Source: a bacterium
GTDB lineage: Bacteria > Patescibacteriota > CPR2_A > CG2-30-33-46
DNA: 54,233 bases
NCBI GenBank assembly: GCA_037442065.1
Contig: JBBIQZ010000002.1
Span: 1 to 54,233, forward strand
Direction of reading: 5' to 3'
In this document: positions 28,001 to 37,536 of the stretch, piece after piece
Layout of the letters: each line of letters opens with the position of its first letter
Numbering within the stretch: the first letter of the stretch is position 1
Notes under the pieces: generated by a model
Database searches by the model: none
What the model saw: the letters and a program-made list of their open reading frames with translations, nothing else
What the model was told of the DNA's origin: nothing
Position numbers and translations under genes: made by a program

Positions 28001-28699
28001 TTACTTTTTAGAATTTTTATCTCTTGGATCTAATTTTAAAAGGAGGTTTTCGATGTTTTTTTTATCTTTCTTGTTTTTAATTTTGGGTAAAATTTTTACT
28101 AACAAACTCTTGGCTTTTCTATCTTCTTTGTCAATTTTTAAAGCTTTTTTAAGCGCTTCTGCGGCCTCTTGATATTTTTTTAAATTAAATAAAGTAATGG
28201 CCAGATTATCAAAATAGGTAGATTTTTTCTCAATACTTAATGCTTTGTTATAATTTTTTAAAGCGTTCTTAAAATCGCCTTCTTTGAAATGACACATCCC
28301 TAAATTACAATAAACAGAGGGGTCGTTTGGTGTAAGCTCTATTAATTTTTGAAAAATATCTAAAGCATCTTTATAATTTTTATTTTTAAAACATATTTGG
28401 CCAAGACCCTTATAGCTTGAAGGATCCTTTTGGTCAATCTTTAAAACCTCGATATAATAATTTTCCGCTTCTTTAAGTTTATTATCTTTTAAAGATTTTA
28501 AGGCTTTTTCTAAAAGTTCTTGCTTTTTATCCCCTTCTTTTAAAGATTCATTTTCTCCAAAAGCTTCCTCTTTTTTAAATCCTTTAAATAATCCCGAAAC
28601 AAAATCCGGAAGGTTTTTTGATGCAGATCCTTTTGCCGGCACTCTTTTTAAAATAACAATCAAAACGGAACCTATAGCAATAAAAATTAATACTTCCAT
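28001..28699 (-). CDS. membrane-anchored TPR-repeat protein
   Basis: N-terminal TM helix followed by several 34-aa TPR-like repeats (A..Y..AL..D). Confidence 0.75.
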   Translation of the reverse strand: MEVLIFIAIGSVLIVILKRVPAKGSASKNLPDFVSGLFKGFKKEEAFGENESLKEGDKKQELLEKALKSLKDNKLKEAENYYIEVLKIDQKDPSSYKGLGQICFKNKNYKDALDIFQKLIELTPNDPSVYCNLGMCHFKEGDFKNALKNYNKALSIEKKSTYFDNLAITLFNLKKYQEAAEALKKALKIDKEDRKAKSLLVKILPKIKNKKDKKNIENLLLKLDPRDKNSKK

Positions 28700-29473
28700 T
28701 TAAAAATTAACCTCCGTTTTTGAACCATCCTCAAGCGCTACTTTAACCTTTTTTTTCGCAAGTTCTACTTCTATAATTTTTCCTATTCCTTTTTTGGTTC
28801 TTATTTTCTCTCCTATTTTTGGCATCCCTTTAGCTTGTTCTTTATAAAAATTATCTTCGAAAGCCAAACAACACATTAGTCTGCCGCATAACCCTGAAAT
28901 TTTAGTGCTCCCCTTAGAAGCAATATTTTGATCCCTCGCCATATCCATAGTTACACTCTCCGTAGTTCCTAAAAAATCTCTGCAGCATAAACTTCTACCA
29001 CATTGTCCCAATCCTCCTAAAAAACGAGCTTCATCCCGGGGACCAACTTGCTTTAACCTTACTTGTTTTTTGGTAAGTCTTACCAAGTCTTTTACTAGTT
29101 CTCTAAAGTCTATCCTATTTTCAGAAAAAAACGAAAAAATTACTTTGCCCTCCTCAAATGGAAATTGTATATCTACTAATTTCATTTCTAAGTTGTGTTT
29201 TTTTACGCAATCTTTAAATAGCTTTTCTAAATGAGGGGTTTCTTCTTCAAATTTCTTTTGATTCTCAAGATCTTTAAGAGTAGCTTTTCTTAAAACGGAC
29301 GCCAAATTTTCATTCTTCTTTATTTTTTTATTAACATACGCTAAAGTTCCGGCTTCTTTACCAAAGGCAGTTTCAACAATAACAACATCTCCTATTTCAA
29401 GCTTCTCTTCTGAATCTAAAAAGTCAAAGATTTTAGGATTGTTTTTAAATTTAACGCCAACTGCTCTTAACAT
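28700..29473 (-). CDS. ricT: PSP1-domain protein RicT/YaaT
   Basis: Cys clusters GQCGRSLCCRDFL and GLCGRLMCCLAFE, with the conserved position after holB. Confidence 0.85.
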   Translation of the reverse strand: MLRAVGVKFKNNPKIFDFLDSEEKLEIGDVVIVETAFGKEAGTLAYVNKKIKKNENLASVLRKATLKDLENQKKFEEETPHLEKLFKDCVKKHNLEMKLVDIQFPFEEGKVIFSFFSENRIDFRELVKDLVRLTKKQVRLKQVGPRDEARFLGGLGQCGRSLCCRDFLGTTESVTMDMARDQNIASKGSTKISGLCGRLMCCLAFEDNFYKEQAKGMPKIGEKIRTKKGIGKIIEVELAKKKVKVALEDGSKTEVNF

Positions 29474-30496
29474 TTAAAGCTCTTCTAATTTTAAAATCAT
29501 CAAATCCAAAACTAACTTAATATTTAAACCTGAATCAGGGGTGGAAATAATCTCTTTAGTTTTGTTTATGAAACTTACTATATTTGATATTTGACTAACT
29601 TTTAGTTTGCTTAAATCATAAGAAACCAAGCTCTTAAAACCTGGCAAAAAGTGGGCATTTATTAATTCCCTTAAAAGGATTACCCAAAAATTTAAAATTT
29701 TTAAAACTTTCAAGGGATCATTTTCGTAAACTTTAGCCAGCCTGGAAGAATAATTTAAGTTAGAAACTCGATCCTTTTTAAAAATCCTCGAAAAATCTAA
29801 AAGCCAGCTTTTTATTTCTTTTAATTCCTCTGGGTTCTCTAGCATTTTAAAAACTATTCCAGGTCTTCCTGCGGCAAATTTAGAAAGTAAAATTTGTTCT
29901 TCTTTAGAAATATTTGCTTTATTGGTTATTTTTTCAATTATCTTCAAAGATACTCTAAAGAATTTTAAGACTCTTAAGCGGGAAACAATAGTTGGTAAAA
30001 GAAGGGAATGATTTTTAGTTATCAATACAAGGACTGCTTTTCCGGAAGGCTCTTCTAAAGTTTTTAAAAGCGCATTTGCCGCTTCTTTTGTTAATCTCTC
30101 GGCATTGTCTATAACAGCAATTTTATAAGAAGAACTAAACGGCTTTAAATTCATTTTGGCAACCAATTCCCTCACTTCTTCAATTTTAATAGATTTTTCG
30201 CCGTCTATAAAAAGAAAGTCGGGATGCGTTTTATTTTCTATTTGCAGACAAGCAGGGCACTTGCCGCAAAACTTTAAATCAGAAACACATAAAAGAGTTT
30301 TTATAAAAGAAAGAGCAACTTTTCTTTTGCCTATATTTTCCTCTCCGGAGAAAAGGTAGGCATGTGATAAATCGTGGGTTTTGATATTTGATTTTAGATA
30401 ATCTATTTGCGGCTTATGCCCTAAAATTTGCCAATCGGAAAAATTAGTTTTTTTAAAAACTTTCGCTTCTTTAAAAATTTGTAATTGATCTTCCAT
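29474..30496 (-). CDS. holB: DNA polymerase III subunit delta'
   Basis: HAYLFSGEENIGKRK P-loop-like segment, CGKCPAC zinc module and TIVSRL sensor region. Confidence 0.85.
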   Translation of the reverse strand: MEDQLQIFKEAKVFKKTNFSDWQILGHKPQIDYLKSNIKTHDLSHAYLFSGEENIGKRKVALSFIKTLLCVSDLKFCGKCPACLQIENKTHPDFLFIDGEKSIKIEEVRELVAKMNLKPFSSSYKIAVIDNAERLTKEAANALLKTLEEPSGKAVLVLITKNHSLLLPTIVSRLRVLKFFRVSLKIIEKITNKANISKEEQILLSKFAAGRPGIVFKMLENPEELKEIKSWLLDFSRIFKKDRVSNLNYSSRLAKVYENDPLKVLKILNFWVILLRELINAHFLPGFKSLVSYDLSKLKVSQISNIVSFINKTKEIISTPDSGLNIKLVLDLMILKLEEL

Positions 30497-30546
30497 AAAT
30501 ATCTTAAGAAATCAATAATAGGTTCTTAAGCTTAATCTGTCAATTT

Positions 30547-32739
30547 CTATTTGTTTTCAAAGCTTAAAACTTTATTACCAGAAAGAAGGTAAATGGTTTT
30601 TGAAGATTCATCAACATAAAAATCTTTTAAATCGTTAGTGTCTTTTAAAGTAAAATCTTTGATATATTCCCCGTTTGTGTTAAAAACTAAAATTCCTAAG
30701 TCTTTATCTAAAACATAAATTTTATCGCTTCCTTCATTGCTTTGAATTTTTAGAGGTTTTTTTATACTAGAAGGAGCGTCTTTAATGCTAAAATCCTGCC
30801 TTTTCCCTTTTACAAGTTTTATAATCTCTCCGTTGCCTTTTAACGCATAGACCGTACCGGGCACAGTAAAAGAAACTGCATCTTTTATATCAACGGATTT
30901 ATCGGTTAAGTATCCCGATGATATCCCCCAACCAGAAGCTCCTTTTGTAAAACGGTAAATTTGGTTATCCTCGTTGGATAAAACATAAAGGTTTGACTGA
31001 TAAGAGGCTAAGACAGAACCTTTTTTAAACCCTCCTTTAGAAGAAGATTTTGAGATTTTATTATTTTTTACTGAAACCTCAAAAAGTTCCGGAATGTCAT
31101 TTAAAAGAATCACCAAATCCTTGGATGGAAAATTAGTAATCATAGATACATTGCTTTCGGGAGACGGAACTGTCAATTCCTCCTTGGCTTGTTTTCCAGT
31201 ATCAAAAACTAAAAGATTACCATTTTTAGAATTTATTAAATAGATTTTCTTTTCTGCAAAGGTTAGACTTCCCGAACCCTGATCCTTGGAAAGCTCCAAG
31301 ACTAAACTTGGAGAGACTTCTAAAATTCCATCCGCCTTCCTTAAGGCCTCCCCTATTTTTCCGACCAGTAAAAGAGCTTCTTTATTATAATATTTTGTCT
31401 TTAAAACCTCTTGGGTGAGCGATTTTGATTCTAAAAGATATTCTTTTGCTTTGCTTCTGGCATCATAAATCAACGCGCTTTCGGCCTTATTCTCAAGAGA
31501 TACGGCTTGATCCAATTTAGCTTTAACTTCTTTTAAGGTTTTGCCGTTATAAAAATTTCTTAAGACAAAAAATAAACTTATTAAAAAGAGCAAACTTACA
31601 ATAAGAAAAAATTTAAAATATTTTGACTGCATCTTTTCTAAAATGCCTTTTTTAAAGTTTCCAAAAACCCTTTTTATGTCTTTTAGAAAACCCTTCCATG
31701 AAAATTTCTTAAAATAAGAAATTGTAAATTCTAAAAAGCTTTCTTTCTTTTCGCTCTTTTGGGAAAATTTTTCCTCTGCATTTTTGTCTGCTTTTGGTTC
31801 TTGCTCTTTTAACTTTTCTTTTTCATTCTTTAAAGAAGCTTCTGGGAACTGAGTTTCTACCCCTCCTGATTTATTTTTTAAAACAAGAGAGGAAATACTC
31901 TTTTTAAAAAAGGCGAAAATATTCTTAAAAAGGGAAATTAAGGCTAAAAAGATGCCGGCTAAAACCTCAAAAGCTGCTTTGGTGGGTTTAGGTTCTTCCA
32001 TCCAGATTTCGTCCGGCTCATCTAGATTTTCTTTTTCTAGTTCTTCTTGAGTTACAATTTCAACAATAAGTAAACCAATATAACCTATGCCTTCTTCATC
32101 TTTTAATAAATCTTTTAGTTTTAGAACTGAACCAGAAGGCGTATTTTCTAAGATTATCTTTTTTAATCCGGCTAAAGAAATATGATAAAGAAGCTCAGGC
32201 GAACCCAAAACTAGTTTATCGTGTTTTTCTAAAGAGCCAGAAGTTATGGTAGTAAATGTTCCTAAGGGGTGTTTGTTTTTGTCTTCGTCTTCTTCAACGG
32301 ACAAACCTTCGCTAATATGGGTAATTTTTTCGCCTCTTACTATGTAAGCTTCTATTAAACCGGCTTTGCTTAAATGGAGCTTCTCGCCAGATAAAACGGC
32401 ACAGGCTACATTGATTTTCCCGATCCAGTCGCTTTCCCTTCTAGAAGCTAAATCTAAAAGTTCCTCGTTGGCACACCTTAAGGCTGACTCAAAACTCAAG
32501 AGCACATTTCTGTTTAAGTCTTTATAAAACTCTTCTTTGATAGAATTTATTATAACTTCACCTGCCTCGCTGGCATTTTGAGAGCCAGAAGCGATTTCTA
32601 TAACAAAATATAAATTGCCGTGCTGTTTTTCTAAAAAATCTTTTGGCTCAAAGGCAAAGATAGTAGCAAAACCCTCATCTGGTTTTCTAGTCCCAGATAA
32701 AAGTTTGCCGATGCGAGTAGTAAGTTTCTGCGTTTCCAT
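30547..32739 (-). CDS. 730-aa membrane protein: N-terminal PP2C/SpoIIE-like domain, central TM region, C-terminal beta-propeller-like repeats
   Basis: The N-terminal ~230 aa resemble a PPM-fold layout (YFVIEIASG.., ACAVLSGEKLHLSKAG, GYIGLLIVE). Central hydrophobic helices are followed by repetitive strand-rich C-terminal segments. The call is by eye only. Confidence 0.45.
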   Translation of the reverse strand: METQKLTTRIGKLLSGTRKPDEGFATIFAFEPKDFLEKQHGNLYFVIEIASGSQNASEAGEVIINSIKEEFYKDLNRNVLLSFESALRCANEELLDLASRRESDWIGKINVACAVLSGEKLHLSKAGLIEAYIVRGEKITHISEGLSVEEDEDKNKHPLGTFTTITSGSLEKHDKLVLGSPELLYHISLAGLKKIILENTPSGSVLKLKDLLKDEEGIGYIGLLIVEIVTQEELEKENLDEPDEIWMEEPKPTKAAFEVLAGIFLALISLFKNIFAFFKKSISSLVLKNKSGGVETQFPEASLKNEKEKLKEQEPKADKNAEEKFSQKSEKKESFLEFTISYFKKFSWKGFLKDIKRVFGNFKKGILEKMQSKYFKFFLIVSLLFLISLFFVLRNFYNGKTLKEVKAKLDQAVSLENKAESALIYDARSKAKEYLLESKSLTQEVLKTKYYNKEALLLVGKIGEALRKADGILEVSPSLVLELSKDQGSGSLTFAEKKIYLINSKNGNLLVFDTGKQAKEELTVPSPESNVSMITNFPSKDLVILLNDIPELFEVSVKNNKISKSSSKGGFKKGSVLASYQSNLYVLSNEDNQIYRFTKGASGWGISSGYLTDKSVDIKDAVSFTVPGTVYALKGNGEIIKLVKGKRQDFSIKDAPSSIKKPLKIQSNEGSDKIYVLDKDLGILVFNTNGEYIKDFTLKDTNDLKDFYVDESSKTIYLLSGNKVLSFENK

Positions 32740-32900
32740 TATAAATTATTCTTAGTCTTTTAGGTATCAAAATTGGTTTATCTTAAAAAATCTTTAAGAC
32801 AAACGCCAAAGATATAGTAACATTCCTAGGGAGGGATTTCAATCCTAGCTTTAAAAAATTCTTCCCTAGACCAAACTATCCGTTAAATATTATCTAAAAG

Positions 32901-34238
32901 TTAAAAATTTTCTCTGGGAAGTCGTTTTTTTATCTCATCTACAACATTTTCTGCGCTGGCGGTTTCCTGCATTCCACCATGCATATCCCTGATAATCACT
33001 GTTCCATCCAAAACTTCTTTGTGTCCTAAAATTAATGCCAAAGGAACCTTTAGTTTATCAGCTAGCCTTAATTGAGATTTAATGCTTTCTTTTCCTAAAG
33101 CAGAAATAACTTTAAAGCTTTCTTCTCTTAATTCTTCAATTAATTTTAGACTTTTCTTTTTTGCTAATTCACCTAATTGAACAACAAATATATCCGGAAT
33201 TTCCCTTGATGCAACTTTTATTTCCTTTTCTTTTAAAAGCTCAATAATACTTTCGGCGCCCAAGGCAAACCCAATTGCCGGAGTAGGTTTCCCGCCAAAC
33301 AAAGATATTAAATCGTCATATCTTCCTCCTCCGCCAAGCGCAAATCTAGACGGATCTTCAGCTTCTTCCATTTTGGGCCAAATTTCAAAAACAGTTCTGG
33401 TGTAATAATCTAACCCTCTAACTAAATAAGTGTTTAACTCGTAAGGCACTTCTAATTCATCCAAATACTCTAAAACTTGCCTAAAGTGAGCTTGATCTTC
33501 TTGGTCTAAGTAATCAACCATTTGCGGAGCGCCGGCTTTGTATTCTTGGCAAGCCAGCTCTTTGCAATCCAACAGACGCAGAGGATTTTTGCTGTATCTT
33601 TTTCTACAATCCGGACATAAGTTTTTTAAAATCGGCTTATAATACTCTTGTAACTTTTTGATAAACTTTGCCCGGCATTTTGTGCAGCCAATAGAGTTAA
33701 TCTGAACGGTGAAATCTCTGATTTTCAGTTTTTTAATCAGTCTGGAGGCCAAAGAAATTAATTGAGCATCTAAAATAGGATCTAATTCACCGATTATTTC
33801 TAAACCCAGCTGATGAAATTGCCTTTGTCTTCCTTTTTGCGGACGATCATGCCTAAACATCGGCCCTGTATAATAAAGCTGCACTGGCTGGGGCAGTGTT
33901 TGCATACCGTGCTCTATATAAGCTCTGGCAACGGAAGCAGTTCCTTCCGGCCTTAAAACTAAAGTTTCTTTTTCTTCTTTTTCCTTATCTTTTCCTCTAT
34001 CCGAAGGCTCTTTGGTTTTCGGTGCTAAAGAATACATTTCTTTTTCTATAATGTCTGTTTCTTCACCAATAGTACGTTCGAATAAACTTGCTTTTTCAAC
34101 AATTGGAAACGATATCCTTGAAAAACCGGCTGATTTGGCGGTTTTTAAAAAGTTATCTTCTAAAAATTGCCAATATTTTTGATCTTGGGGAAGAATATCG
34201 CGCATTCCTCGTACGGCTTGCACATGAATTTTCGCCAT
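32901..34238 (-). CDS. hisS: histidyl-tRNA synthetase
   Basis: GMRDILP, LRPEGTASVARAY, FHQLGLE and GGGGRYD class II motifs. Confidence 0.95.
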   Translation of the reverse strand: MAKIHVQAVRGMRDILPQDQKYWQFLEDNFLKTAKSAGFSRISFPIVEKASLFERTIGEETDIIEKEMYSLAPKTKEPSDRGKDKEKEEKETLVLRPEGTASVARAYIEHGMQTLPQPVQLYYTGPMFRHDRPQKGRQRQFHQLGLEIIGELDPILDAQLISLASRLIKKLKIRDFTVQINSIGCTKCRAKFIKKLQEYYKPILKNLCPDCRKRYSKNPLRLLDCKELACQEYKAGAPQMVDYLDQEDQAHFRQVLEYLDELEVPYELNTYLVRGLDYYTRTVFEIWPKMEEAEDPSRFALGGGGRYDDLISLFGGKPTPAIGFALGAESIIELLKEKEIKVASREIPDIFVVQLGELAKKKSLKLIEELREESFKVISALGKESIKSQLRLADKLKVPLALILGHKEVLDGTVIIRDMHGGMQETASAENVVDEIKKRLPRENF

Positions 34239-34346
34239 TTTGCTCCTTTTTTATCTTGTCTTGAATTTAACACACTAATTATCCTAAATTCAACCATAAA
34301 TTAGATATGGTTTGCTAGAAGCTTTAGTCTGCCTTATAATTAAATT

Positions 34347-35366
34347 ATGAATGAATTAAGGATTTGCCCCATAGCCGGCGAAAAAGTTATTATCGCCAAA
34401 AAAAGAGCCAAGAGATTTAGGGATGTAAAAGGACCCAAGCCTTTTGCCGCAAACTATAAAAAAACTTGTCCTTTTTGCTACGGAAAAAAACTTAAAATTA
34501 AAGAAACTTTTAGAATAGACTGGAATTTAATGGATAAATACGATTGGGATCTTAGGGGTTTTTTAAACCTAACTCCTTTTTTAGAAACAAAAAAGAAAAA
34601 GAATAAAGATATAAAAAAAAGCGACCTTTTAAAAACTACTATTCCTTATGGCGAAGCTGAAGTATTGGTAGAAAATCGTGAACACAACAAGCAATTAGCC
34701 ACAATGACTCCTTTGGAATTAGAAGAAATTTTTATTGCCTACAAAAATCGGTATGAAGATTTAGCAAAAGGATGGAAGGAAGTTTTAATATTTAGAAATT
34801 ACGGATTTTTTGCCGGCCAAAGTATTACCCATCCTCACTCTCAAATCATTGCCTTAAACCAAGAGGGTCCGCGAGTTAAAAAAGAAAAAGAACGCGCCCT
34901 AAACTACTTTAAAAAACATAAAAAATGCTTAATCTGCGATTTGATTGCCGAGGAAAAAAGGAAAAAGGAAAGAGTAATTTTTGAAAACGAAGCTTTTATA
35001 GTTCTTGCTCCCTGGGCATCAATGTATCCTTACGAAATCTTAATCATTCCCAAAACGCATCAAAATAACATTCTTGATTTTTCCTTAGAAGAGATAAATT
35101 ATCTAACAGAAGTTTTTAGCAATGTCTTTAAATCCTTAAACGATAAACTTTTTGATCCTTCTTATAATTACTATTTAAGAAACTACAGAATAAACCAAAA
35201 AAGAGAAGAAAAATTCCTTCATTGGTTCATAAGAATAATGCCGAGAGGAATTTCTATCCCAGCCGGATTTGAGCTGGCAACCGGAATAGAAGCAGTAAAT
35301 GTTATCCCTCCGGAAAATGCGGCTAAACTTTTAAGACCCAAAAAAGAACGAACTAGCAAAAAATAA
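34347..35366 (+). CDS. galT: galactose-1-phosphate uridylyltransferase-like (GalT/HIT-fold) nucleotidyltransferase
   Basis: Active-site SITHPHSQ (HxHxQ) and an N-terminal Cys pair CPFC. Confidence 0.7.
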   Translation: MNELRICPIAGEKVIIAKKRAKRFRDVKGPKPFAANYKKTCPFCYGKKLKIKETFRIDWNLMDKYDWDLRGFLNLTPFLETKKKKNKDIKKSDLLKTTIPYGEAEVLVENREHNKQLATMTPLELEEIFIAYKNRYEDLAKGWKEVLIFRNYGFFAGQSITHPHSQIIALNQEGPRVKKEKERALNYFKKHKKCLICDLIAEEKRKKERVIFENEAFIVLAPWASMYPYEILIIPKTHQNNILDFSLEEINYLTEVFSNVFKSLNDKLFDPSYNYYLRNYRINQKREEKFLHWFIRIMPRGISIPAGFELATGIEAVNVIPPENAAKLLRPKKERTSKK

Positions 35367-35371
35367 AAGTT

Positions 35372-37519
35372 TTACAACCTTTTAACCATCCTAACTTCCG
35401 GCAAGTTGGATATCTTTTCTAAAATGGTTTTTAGCTGTTCTGCCTTTTTTATATTTAAATTAGCGGTAATTTTAGAAACTTTATCGCTTTTCAAGCTAAT
35501 GTTTCTTGCCTCGATTTTTAAATCTTCCAAAAGCTCTGTTATATTTTTTAAAATCGTGGTATTTCTTTCGGCTTCTATGTAAATAGGAACTTCGTATAAC
35601 TTATCAAACCCCCAACTTACTCCAATTAACCTTTTTTTATCTTCTTTTTTTATATTAGGACAGGATTTTTTATGAACAGTTATACCCTTACTCCTAGTTA
35701 TAAAACCAATAATTTTGTCTTGAGGCGAAGGCTTGCAGCAAGAAGCAAAATTTACCAAAAAATTTTCCTCTCCTTGTATTACCACCCTGGGTTTGGCCTT
35801 AGGCTGAACTTTTAAAAAGGTAAAAACTTTTCCTAAAATGCTTTTCTTTTTTGCTTTTATTTCTTCTCTATCAAAAAAGAGGCTTGAGACAAATTGTTTA
35901 GGACCCAAAACCCCCTTACCAATAGCTACGATAATGTCTTCTAAATTATTATATGAATGGTTTTTAAAATAAGCCCGTAAATCTTTCTTGGAGATTTTAT
36001 CAACAGACTTGCCTATCTTTTTTAGCTCTATATTTAAAAGCTCTTTTCCTAAATTAAGATTTCTTTCTTTATCTTCTCCCTCAAAAGCCTTTCTTATATT
36101 ATGCAAAGCTACCTGCGTTTTAGCATATCTTAGCCAATCTTTTGAAGGACCGGTAACTCTTTTGGAAGTTAAAATTTCAATTACATCACCGTTTTGCAAA
36201 ACAGTTCCTAGGGGAACAATTTTTCCGTTTACTTTACAACCGACGCAATTATTGCCAACTTCAGTATGGATAAAATAAGCAAAATCTATAGGACTTGCAC
36301 CCTCTGGCAAATCTATTGCCTCACCCTTTGGTGTAAAAACGAAAATCCTGTCTTTAAATACATCTACTTTCAAACCTTCCATAAATTCCGAAGTCTCTAA
36401 ATCTTTTTGCCATTCAATTAATCTGCTTATCCAACCAAGTTTACCGGATATTTCTTTAGATTCTTTGCCTATTTCGTAATGCCAGTGGGCGGCAATTCCC
36501 CATTCTGCTTCCTCGTGCATTTGCTTGGTTTTGATTTGTATTTCTATAATTTTTCCGTCTTTGGCAAAAACCGTTGTATGAATAGAGCGGTAGCCGTTGG
36601 GCTTGGGAATCGCTATGTAATCTTTTATTCTTTTAAGTAAAGGTTTCCAATCTTTATGAATAATACCCAAGGCTTTATAACAATCGGAGATTGTATCTAC
36701 AATCACTCTAATGGCAACTAAATCATATATTTTTGAAAAATCATCATTATACTTTTTCAATTTTCGCCAAAGCGAATAAATATGCTTGGCCCGACCCTCG
36801 ATTAAGGCTTTGATTTTTGCTTTTTTTAATTTGGCATTTAATTCTTTTATTACCCCTTCTATATAATGCTCATTTTCTCTTTTGTTTCTTCCCACCAAAG
36901 AATCTATCCTTTTGTATTCTTTGGGAAGATAATACTTAAAACTTAAATCTTCAAGAAGACCTTTTACTTCTCCCATTCCTAATCTGGAAGCCAAGGGAGC
37001 ATATATCTCGATGGTTTCGGTAGCAATCTTTTTTCGCTTTAATGGGGGCAAAAAATCAATGGTTCGCATATTGTGAAGACGGTCGGCTAATTTTACTACA
37101 ACAACTCGCAAGTCTTTTGCCATAACCAAAAGAAGTTTTCTTAAATCTTCAACTCGACCCTTTTTACCAAAATATTTTACTCCACCCAAACGAGTAACCC
37201 CTTCGATAATCTGAGCAATCTCTTCGCCGAATTCTTTTTTAATATCTTCTATCTTGTAAGAAGTATCTTCGGGAACATCGTGTAAAAATCCAGAAGCGAT
37301 TGTTTTAGCATCCATCCCTAATTCTTCTAAGTAATAAGCTACAGTTAGAGAATGAGTTATATAGGGATCGCCGGAAACTCTTTTTTGGCCTAGATGACAC
37401 TTTAAAGCAAAAGAATAAGCCTTTTTTAAACATTTTAAATCTTCTTCTTTAGTATCCGGCCGCCCTTTATAATTTTGAAGAATGGTTTTAAATGAAGGTT
37501 TTGTATTTATATCCAACAT
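35372..37519 (-). CDS. rel: bifunctional (p)ppGpp synthetase/hydrolase, RelA/SpoT family
   Basis: HD-domain motif HDVPEDT, synthetase YRSIHT, and TGS and ACT-like C-terminal regions. Confidence 0.93.
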   Translation of the reverse strand: MLDINTKPSFKTILQNYKGRPDTKEEDLKCLKKAYSFALKCHLGQKRVSGDPYITHSLTVAYYLEELGMDAKTIASGFLHDVPEDTSYKIEDIKKEFGEEIAQIIEGVTRLGGVKYFGKKGRVEDLRKLLLVMAKDLRVVVVKLADRLHNMRTIDFLPPLKRKKIATETIEIYAPLASRLGMGEVKGLLEDLSFKYYLPKEYKRIDSLVGRNKRENEHYIEGVIKELNAKLKKAKIKALIEGRAKHIYSLWRKLKKYNDDFSKIYDLVAIRVIVDTISDCYKALGIIHKDWKPLLKRIKDYIAIPKPNGYRSIHTTVFAKDGKIIEIQIKTKQMHEEAEWGIAAHWHYEIGKESKEISGKLGWISRLIEWQKDLETSEFMEGLKVDVFKDRIFVFTPKGEAIDLPEGASPIDFAYFIHTEVGNNCVGCKVNGKIVPLGTVLQNGDVIEILTSKRVTGPSKDWLRYAKTQVALHNIRKAFEGEDKERNLNLGKELLNIELKKIGKSVDKISKKDLRAYFKNHSYNNLEDIIVAIGKGVLGPKQFVSSLFFDREEIKAKKKSILGKVFTFLKVQPKAKPRVVIQGEENFLVNFASCCKPSPQDKIIGFITRSKGITVHKKSCPNIKKEDKKRLIGVSWGFDKLYEVPIYIEAERNTTILKNITELLEDLKIEARNISLKSDKVSKITANLNIKKAEQLKTILEKISNLPEVRMVKRL

Positions 37520-37536
37520 CCAATTGCCCTTTTAAA

